Under the pieces are notes generated by a model. It saw nothing but the letters and a program-made list of their open reading frames with translations, had not been told where the DNA came from and ran no database searches. From contig JASFQK010000021.1 of NCBI GenBank assembly GCA_050115495.1, positions 49,620-113,619 of the forward strand: a DNA stretch of 64,000 nucleotides, written 5' to 3'. This stretch comes from Phycisphaerae bacterium (GTDB taxonomy: Bacteria > Planctomycetota > Phycisphaerae > UBA1845 > Fen-1342). Each line of letters opens with the position of its first letter. Position 1 is the stretch's first letter. Both the position numbers and the translations under genes were made by a program. This document shows, one piece after another, positions 56,075-64,000 of this stretch.

Positions 56075-57022
56075 TCAGTGGGCGGTCGCGTCTGTCTCGG
56101 TCGCGGGCGTCAGACACGGGAGGGTGAAGACGACCTTCTCGTCCGCCGCTTCCATCTCTTCGACGTCGTCCACGCCGAGCTGGCGCAGGCGGCGCAGGAC
56201 GGACTGCACGACGTCCTCGGGGGCGCTGGCCCCGGAGCTCACGCCGACACAACCGCAGCCATCGAGCCAGGCGGGGTCGATATCGTCGGGGCTGTCAATG
56301 AGGTACGCGGTCACGCCGCGGGCGGCGGCAACCTCGGTCAACCGCTGAGAGTTGGACGAGTTCCGCGAGCCGACAACCAACAGCACATCGAGCCGGGCGG
56401 CGATGTCCTTGACGGCGTTCTGGCGGTTCTGGGTGGCGTAGCAGATATCGTCGCTCGGCGGGAGCGTCAGGTGCGGGAAGCGCTGCTGCAAGGCGGCGAC
56501 GATCTCGCGACAGTCGTCCTGGCTAAGCGTGGTCTGCGTGAGGATGATGCCGGCCTGGTCCGGGGACAGGTCGAGGCGCTCAACGTCCGCGACGGTCTCG
56601 ACCAGCACCGTGCTCGCTGGGGCATGGCCCATGGTGCCGACTACCTCGTCGTGGCCGGCGTGGCCGATGAGCACGATCCGAAAGCCGCGACGGACGTAGC
56701 GGTCGACCTCGTTGTGGACCTTGGTCACCAGCGGGCAGGTGGCGTCGATGACGTGCAGGCTGCGGCGGCAAGCCTCGGCATGCACGGCGGGAGCCGAGCC
56801 GTGGGCGGAGAGGATCGTCACGGCGCCCTCGGGCACTTCGTCCAGCTCGGCGACGAAGACAACGCCGCGTTCACGCAGGCGCTGCACGACGTGCGAGTTG
56901 TGGACGATCTCCTTGCGTACGTAGATGGGCGGGCTGTGCTGTTCGAGAGCGAGCTCGACGACGCGGATGGCCCGTTCCACGCCGGCGCAGAACCCCCGCG
57001 GCTTGATCATGATCGCGCGCAT
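56075..57022 (-). CDS. ispH: 4-hydroxy-3-methylbut-2-enyl diphosphate reductase
   Basis: PRGFCAGVERA, IVHN, SAHG, DATCPLV, GHDEV, QTT, DICYATQNRQ, SSNS, GASAP. Confidence 0.97.
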   Translation of the reverse strand: MRAIMIKPRGFCAGVERAIRVVELALEQHSPPIYVRKEIVHNSHVVQRLRERGVVFVAELDEVPEGAVTILSAHGSAPAVHAEACRRSLHVIDATCPLVTKVHNEVDRYVRRGFRIVLIGHAGHDEVVGTMGHAPASTVLVETVADVERLDLSPDQAGIILTQTTLSQDDCREIVAALQQRFPHLTLPPSDDICYATQNRQNAVKDIAARLDVLLVVGSRNSSNSQRLTEVAAARGVTAYLIDSPDDIDPAWLDGCGCVGVSSGASAPEDVVQSVLRRLRQLGVDDVEEMEAADEKVVFTLPCLTPATETDATAH

Positions 57023-57090
57023 CGTGTGGTTGTCCTCAACGTTCGGATCCCGGCCGCGAGCGCCACGCGGCCCTGCTCGTACTACGGGGG

Positions 57091-57096
57091 ATTATA
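57091..57096 (-). promoter_or_regulatory. Sigma70 -10 element for ispH
   Basis: Perfect TATAAT on the minus strand about 70 nt upstream of ispH. Confidence 0.5.
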
Positions 57097-57123
57097 GCCC
57101 GCGGTTCGCCGGCCGCCCGAAGG

Positions 57124-57984
57124 TCAGGGCACTTCGACGAACTTGCGGATCAGCCGCTCGAGCTCGGCGACGGTGTACGCCCGGGCGAGGTCGATCGGCA
57201 GGAACGAGCCGTGGGCGTGATCGCTGGCCAGGAGGATCATGCGGCCGACGACGCCGTAACCGGACTCCTGCGGCGTGTGGCCGACGATGAAGATCTCGGC
57301 GCCGAGGCGCTGGGCGAGCAGGTCGAGCACTTCGGGCGAGTGGAAGCGGCCCCAGACGAGGGAGTAGGCGGCGCCGCCCGTCTCGAGGTCCTGCTCGGTG
57401 GGGACGCGATCGAAGACGTTGAAGTCGAACAGCGACAGGGACAGCGGGTCGGGCAGGCTGTGCGACAGGAAGATGCCGCTCGCCGTGCGGGCCGCCAACG
57501 GCAGCGAACCCAGGTAGTCGTCGAGGGCTTCGAGGACGTCGTCGCTACGACGGCCGAAACGGTGGGCGACGCCACGCTCGAAGTCGCGGATCACCGAGCG
57601 ACCGCCCTTGGTGATCTCGTGGCGGCACAACTGTGAGAGCTCGTGGTTGGATTGCAGGATGAAGACGTTGTCCGGGAAGTCGCACTTCCAGCGGGCGGCC
57701 TCGACGACCAGGTCGATGGACAGGTCGGGCTCGTTGAACGACTCGGGCTCGGCGTGGATGAGCTCGTGGAGGATGACGCTGCGGGCCGGGCTGTGGGCCA
57801 GGTCGCAGAAGCGTTGCAGCCGCTCGAAGTTGCGGACGTGCCCGTGGATGTCGCCCGTCATAACGAGTTGGCCGGCGGAGCCGAAGGTAAGCAGCGAGCC
57901 GCGGCGGTTGGGGTCCTCGCGGAGCAACTGGGCGGCTTCGTGCAGGGCGGCACAGGCGGCGACGGGATCGGTTTGTGGATTCAC
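57124..57984 (-). CDS. Calcineurin-like metallophosphoesterase (Ser/Thr phosphatase-like)
   Basis: GDIHGH, HELIH, SNHE, SHS, LVWGR and GHTP motifs. Confidence 0.85.
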   Translation of the reverse strand: MNPQTDPVAACAALHEAAQLLREDPNRRGSLLTFGSAGQLVMTGDIHGHVRNFERLQRFCDLAHSPARSVILHELIHAEPESFNEPDLSIDLVVEAARWKCDFPDNVFILQSNHELSQLCRHEITKGGRSVIRDFERGVAHRFGRRSDDVLEALDDYLGSLPLAARTASGIFLSHSLPDPLSLSLFDFNVFDRVPTEQDLETGGAAYSLVWGRFHSPEVLDLLAQRLGAEIFIVGHTPQESGYGVVGRMILLASDHAHGSFLPIDLARAYTVAELERLIRKFVEVP

Positions 57985-58065
57985 CGGGAGCCTCGCGCGG
58001 GGGTCTCGGGTACATCGGACCAGAGTGTAGGTTGACGGACGGGGCGCGTCAAAAAGAGGCGGACA

Positions 58066-58935
58066 TCAGTTGGCGGCCGCCCGGCGGATGACGGTCTCGC
58101 GGGCCCGGCGGTCCAGGAGGTGCAGGACGACGTCGAGGCGCGAGGCGACCTTGCGCATGTCGGGCGGGCGGACCTCGGGGTTGGTCTCGCAGCACTCCAT
58201 GATGAGCTTGGACAGGGAGATAGGGATCAGCGGGTTGAGCTCGTGGGGCGGCTCGCTGCCGCGGCGGGACTCGATCTCGATCACCCGCGAGGCCGTCGGG
58301 GCCGTGGAGATCATGGTGCGGAACCACTTGCCGGTGACGACCCAGTAGAGGCTGGCTCCGAAATTGAAGATATCGGTGCGGTGGTCGATGGCCCGGCGCT
58401 CGACCTGCTCGGGAGCCATGAAGTCGGGCGTGCCCTGGAGACGCGACTTGCGGTGGCCGAGGGGGCAGGACTGGCCGAAGTCGATGATCTTCAGACCGCC
58501 GTCGCCGGTCACGAGGATGTTGTTCGGCTTGATGTCGGCGTGGGCGAAGCCGGCCAGGTGCATGGCGTGCAGGCCCTCGGCGACCTGGATGAAGACGGAG
58601 ACGATCTCGTCGAGGTGCTCCGGGCAGCGGTCCTCGAGGCGGACGCCGTCGACGTGCTCCATGACCAGAAAGAGCTCGCGGGTACGGAGCCAGCGGCGGA
58701 CGCGGACGATGTCGTAGCACTTGCGGAGATAGGGGTGGTCGAGCTGGCTGGAGACGCGGAACTCGGTCTCGGCCTGGGCGATGAAGCGCATGTCCTGGGG
58801 GGAGCGGGCGACGACGTGCTTGATGGCGACCGGACGGCGTGTCAGCCGCTCGTAGGCCAAGCTGATGGTGGCACCCGCCCCACGGCCGATCTGGCTGCCA
58901 ATCTCATATCCAGGTAGCTGAATCGGGGCCGCCAT
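58066..58935 (-). CDS. Hanks-type Ser/Thr protein kinase (cytoplasmic)
   Basis: IGRGAGA, VAIK, HADIKPNN, DFG, GTPDFMAPE, DIFNFG. Confidence 0.93.
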   Translation of the reverse strand: MAAPIQLPGYEIGSQIGRGAGATISLAYERLTRRPVAIKHVVARSPQDMRFIAQAETEFRVSSQLDHPYLRKCYDIVRVRRWLRTRELFLVMEHVDGVRLEDRCPEHLDEIVSVFIQVAEGLHAMHLAGFAHADIKPNNILVTGDGGLKIIDFGQSCPLGHRKSRLQGTPDFMAPEQVERRAIDHRTDIFNFGASLYWVVTGKWFRTMISTAPTASRVIEIESRRGSEPPHELNPLIPISLSKLIMECCETNPEVRPPDMRKVASRLDVVLHLLDRRARETVIRRAAAN

Positions 58936-59082
58936 CAGACTCTCGCCGCGACCGAATACATCTGCATCGCCCGGTTTGGCCCGCGACGCGGGCGGCTCGC
59001 ACGCCGCGTGTCACTAAGCGGGTGGTGAGACCGGGACGTGCCTCGCCGCCGGTGCCGGGCCCGAGGGCGGGCTCGGCCAGCC

Positions 59083-59556
59083 CTACCCGAGCATTCCCTT
59101 CCTGACGAGCAAGTCGCGCAGCTCGCGAACCGGCGGCAGCTCGACGCTCTCATCGGTGACCGTCGGCGGGTCCAGGCGGATGTGCACCGCCTCGCCGCCG
59201 TCCGGCCGGGTCAGCCCGCTGAGCAGCGAGAGCAGGGCCTGCTGCTGCGCCTCGGGCAGGGCGTCGGTCTTGGCGGAGCCGACCACAGCCACCCGCAGGC
59301 ACGCGCCCGCGGGCCGCCAGAACTCGCCGCGTCCATCCGGCAGGATCACGCAATTCGCGCCTTGTCCGACGACTTCGCCCGGAGGCACGTAGGCGACGAC
59401 CACATCCTTCAGCGACGAATCACCGGCCGCCATCATCGGTGCGGCCAACATCCCGGCGTCCGGCTTCGGCTCCAGCCACAACAGGATTCCCGCACCGATT
59501 GTCATTGCCAAAATCAGGCAAACGACAACCTTGCTGTTGCGGGTATCGCCGTGCAT
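59083..59556 (-). CDS. Single-TM hypothetical protein (possibly degenerate amidase-like domain)
   Basis: N-terminal TM; VILPDG...LPEAQQQALLSLL pattern without catalytic His. Confidence 0.55.
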   Translation of the reverse strand: MHGDTRNSKVVVCLILAMTIGAGILLWLEPKPDAGMLAAPMMAAGDSSLKDVVVAYVPPGEVVGQGANCVILPDGRGEFWRPAGACLRVAVVGSAKTDALPEAQQQALLSLLSGLTRPDGGEAVHIRLDPPTVTDESVELPPVRELRDLLVRKGMLG

Positions 59557-59692
59557 GAGCTGTCCCTCGCTCGTTGGCAGGAATAGCGTCCGTGCCAGCA
59601 TTCTTATACCGCAATCGTATCCCCCTTGCAACGCTTCGAAGTCGTGGCGATCAAACACGTTCATGTATCCGCCCTCCCCCTATACTATCGGT

Positions 59693-60772
59693 ATGAAATG
59701 CGTTTTGTGCACAGCCGCGTTTCTCCTGGCCGTGGTCCCGCCCACTGAGTCGGACACGGTCAAGCTGCACGGCAAGCCGCCCTTCCGCAACGTGCGCGTG
59801 ACCGGCTTTCGCCACGGCCGGGTCGTTTTTCGCGGCGTATCCGGCCAGTTCCTGCACAAGCCACTCGACCAGATCGAGTGGCTCGCGATCGACAACCTCG
59901 AGGCGCTCGGTGCGGCGGAACAGGCAGCGGTGACCGGTAAATGGTCGCAAGCGGCGGCGGGATACCGGTCGGCGCTGGCGCATGACGATGAGCCGTGGCG
60001 CGCCGCGCTGCTGCGGGCGCGGCTGACGGCGGTGCTGGACCGCGCCGGCCGGTTCGACGAGGCGGTCGCTGTCTGGCTCGAGCTGCTGGCCGGCGACGCC
60101 GACGCGGCGGCGGGACAGGCGCCGCGGCACCCCGGTCCGCCGGGATCGCCCGAGAATGGGTCCGCTCGCGAACGTCTGACGGCCGCTCTGGAGGCGGGCG
60201 GCGCGCCCGAGGTCCGGCAACGTCTGCGGACACTGCTGCTCGACCTGGCGCTGTATGACGAGGTGGCGGATCTGCCGGCGGAGCTGGAACTGGTTGCGCC
60301 GCCGGAGGAGCGGACGGCCCCCGGTCGCCGGTCGCCGCTGCTGGGTCTGCCGGTGGCGAGTCGGCCAGCGGTCCGACCAGAGGTGCCGACACTGGGGGGA
60401 GACTCGCTGATTTTTGCCGCCGCCCGGGCGGCCATCCAAGACCAGAATTCCGGGCGGGCCGTCCGACTACTCGAACGGGCAAAACCCTACATCTCGGATC
60501 GGGAACGTGATAATTGGCGTCTACTGCTCGCCCAGGCCCGGATCGACGCCGGCGAGCCGGCAGTCGCTGCGGCCGACCTGCTCAGCCTATCCGAGTCGAC
60601 TGACGACCCGCGCCAGGCCGCCCTCGCGCTATACTACCTCGGCCAGGCCCACGAACGGCTCGGGCAGCCGGACATCGCCCGTCGGCTATATCGCGAACTG
60701 GGCGAGCGGGAAGACCTGGCGGAGGATGTCCGGGCCCTGGTCGAGCGAGCCCGGAAGCGCTTGGGAGAGTGA
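59693..60772 (+). CDS. TPR-repeat protein
   Basis: Signal-like N-terminus; ALYYLGQAHERLG TPR helices; abuts miaB. Confidence 0.78.
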   Translation: MKCVLCTAAFLLAVVPPTESDTVKLHGKPPFRNVRVTGFRHGRVVFRGVSGQFLHKPLDQIEWLAIDNLEALGAAEQAAVTGKWSQAAAGYRSALAHDDEPWRAALLRARLTAVLDRAGRFDEAVAVWLELLAGDADAAAGQAPRHPGPPGSPENGSARERLTAALEAGGAPEVRQRLRTLLLDLALYDEVADLPAELELVAPPEERTAPGRRSPLLGLPVASRPAVRPEVPTLGGDSLIFAAARAAIQDQNSGRAVRLLERAKPYISDRERDNWRLLLAQARIDAGEPAVAAADLLSLSESTDDPRQAALALYYLGQAHERLGQPDIARRLYRELGEREDLAEDVRALVERARKRLGE

Positions 60773-60776
60773 GGCG

Positions 60777-62222
<1,446 letters not shown>

Positions 62223-62265
62223 ACTGGCCGCGGGCCCAGGGACTGAGGTCCTCGACAACCCATGC

Positions 62266-62318
62266 GCGCCCTCCGGGCGAAGACGCATCGTGCGTCCGCT
62301 TCCTCGCCCGGAGGGCGC
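62266..62318. repeat. Long hairpin downstream of miaB (terminator or REP-like)
   Basis: 15-bp perfect stem GCGCCCTCCGGGCGA / TCGCCCGGAGGGCGC with inner GACGCA/TGCGTC stem. Confidence 0.6.
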
Positions 62319-62793
62319 ACGATCCGCCCGGTCTTCCGGATCGTCTCCCAGCCTCAGATCCCGGCGCGGCCCAGAGCTGAAGGCTGTTTCGCATGCCCAA
62401 TGACCTATGGCCCGCGCACGTCGGCTCGCCCGCAAAGCGACCATACACAAGGTGAAGACGCCTTTCTCATTTCGTACGGAAAAGGCAGCACGCCGCAATG
62501 CGTTCACGCACAACACTGTCATGAAGGCGCTTGCAGCGCATCTCATCACAGGAGACTGAATCACGGGAGCACTTGCGAGCGCATCGGTGACCGGCACGCC
62601 CCCTTGCCCTGTCCTTGCCTGCCGGCTACCATGGATTGCATCTGCGAGGTGAAGGGGAGACTTCACGCAGAGGGGCTCAAAGGAGGGCCACCACGCATGA
62701 CCATTGGGCGAACGGGCGCTGTTTGACGCGCGCGGGTTTCTCGGCGGCGCTGTACTGGTCGCCGCTTGTCCGCTTTCACGAAAGGAGAACTGA

Positions 62794-63528
62794 ATGGCTG
62801 GAAGAAGCGTCATTGGTGTGATCGTCCTTCTGTCGGCAGCGCTGCTGCTGGCCGGGGCCGTCTCAGCGCGGGCCGACCCGTTCTACCTGCGCTACGACGC
62901 GGACGAGGTTTACCCTGAGGATGCGGGCTGGGAACGCAACCTGTACGACCCCGGCGGTCTGGCCAAGCGCTCGCTCGACGCGGGCTGGCTGACCCTCGAT
63001 ACCCGCGGGTCCTATGCCATCTGGGACATGTACTACGTGCACTCGACCGCGTTTGGACTTCGCTCGGCTGAACAGCTTCGTGTGTCCTGGCGCATGCAGA
63101 CCTTGGAGACCGACTTCGTAGGAGGCTGGAACACCGACGTGGATGTCTTCATTTCCAATGGAGACAGCGAATACGTCCAGTTGTTCTTGGCACCGGACTA
63201 CGTTGCCCATACGGAGTACGGAATGGAAGAGCCGGACCACTACGTCGCGTTGGAGCCCGGCGTGGCACACAGCTTCCTGTTCACGTCCTCGGATATGCAG
63301 GAGTTTGAGCTGCATGTGGACGGCACGTTCGCTTTCTCGGGCGTGTTCCTGTGGAACGCCTTGGCAGGCCCCAATCGCGTCAGCTTCGGTGACAAGGCGA
63401 TCGGCCTGCGGTCGCTGTCGCAATGGGATTACGTGGAAGTAGCGGTTGTTCCAGAGCCGGCGACACTTGTGGTGTCGTGCATGCTTGGGGCACCTGCCGT
63501 TTTGTTGCGAAGGAGGACTGTATCATGA
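62794..63528 (+). CDS. PEP-CTERM sorting-domain protein
   Basis: AAGGAG RBS; signal peptide; VVPEPAT-hydrophobic-RRR. Confidence 0.85.
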   Translation: MAGRSVIGVIVLLSAALLLAGAVSARADPFYLRYDADEVYPEDAGWERNLYDPGGLAKRSLDAGWLTLDTRGSYAIWDMYYVHSTAFGLRSAEQLRVSWRMQTLETDFVGGWNTDVDVFISNGDSEYVQLFLAPDYVAHTEYGMEEPDHYVALEPGVAHSFLFTSSDMQEFELHVDGTFAFSGVFLWNALAGPNRVSFGDKAIGLRSLSQWDYVEVAVVPEPATLVVSCMLGAPAVLLRRRTVS

Positions 63529-64000
63529 AGGCTGTTATTTGCCTGAGTCTGATGGGGATCGCGCTGCAAGGCTCACTGTGCTTCGCTGCGGTCGAGCAAC
63601 TCCCGGGTGGAGGGTACTGCATCATCTATCGAGACGGCAGTCCAGATGTGTCGCAGCCAGATGACTACACGTTCTACGGCGAGACCGGCGACATATACCT
63701 GAAAACCGTGGGCGATTGGGAACTCACGTACCAGAGCACGGCAATCCCCAACGACCCGAACGCGCTACCCGTGGACGTACGTCAGATACGGCACAATATC
63801 GCAAACCCGAACGGCGACTTCCATGTGCGCGTGGAGGGACGGGATCTGACCAAGTGGATCTACTTCGTCAACATATCGGTGACCGGGGCGAAGGTACTGG
63901 AACTCAACCTGTCCGGCTCCGTAACCACGGACGGCTTGGTTAGTGCGTCCGACTTCACGCTTACCAACAGCGTCATCGCCGGAGATGTCGGCGAAGGGGG
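63525..64000 (+). CDS. Secreted hypothetical protein, truncated by the window end
   Basis: AGGAGG RBS, ATGA overlap; MKAVICLSLMGIALQGSLCFAAVEQ...; frame open to 64000. Confidence 0.75.
   Translation, partial: MKAVICLSLMGIALQGSLCFAAVEQLPGGGYCIIYRDGSPDVSQPDDYTFYGETGDIYLKTVGDWELTYQSTAIPNDPNALPVDVRQIRHNIANPNGDFHVRVEGRDLTKWIYFVNISVTGAKVLELNLSGSVTTDGLVSASDFTLTNSVIAGDVGEG

Noticed and set aside
62320..62790. ORFs between miaB and the PEP-CTERM gene
   Set aside because: No coding signal or RBS; likely regulatory sequence

Overview
High-GC window, most likely from a planctomycete of the Phycisphaerae type (inferred from PEP-CTERM proteins, dockerin-like EF-hand tails, CxxCGY-x-L-x-G...CPECG Zn-ribbon membrane proteins, recurring TTQP/TSQP linkers and palindromic intergenic repeats). 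About 45 genes, no rRNA, tRNA or CRISPR seen. Recognisable genes: OmpR-type regulator plus histidine kinase, EctR/CosR-like MarR regulator, RRM protein, B12 radical SAM, TIR-STAND-TPR protein, OprB porin, tpx, GH172, GT3 glycogen synthase, acyltransferase-3, two C25 (gingipain-like) proteases, ispH, a Ser/Thr kinase with a metallophosphoesterase, and miaB. The strongest lead is a five-gene minus-strand operon (8913-21949). It has four tandem paralogs of an uncharacterised secreted beta-propeller-like family, followed by an exported thioredoxin/TlpA gene. The ORF track splits that last gene at a single in-frame TGA (GYG-UGA-GP), and the TGA is followed by a hairpin matching the bacterial SECIS consensus, so it is a candidate unannotated selenoprotein. 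A second pattern is that three different palindromic repeat families each occur as a pair bracketing one or two accessory genes.
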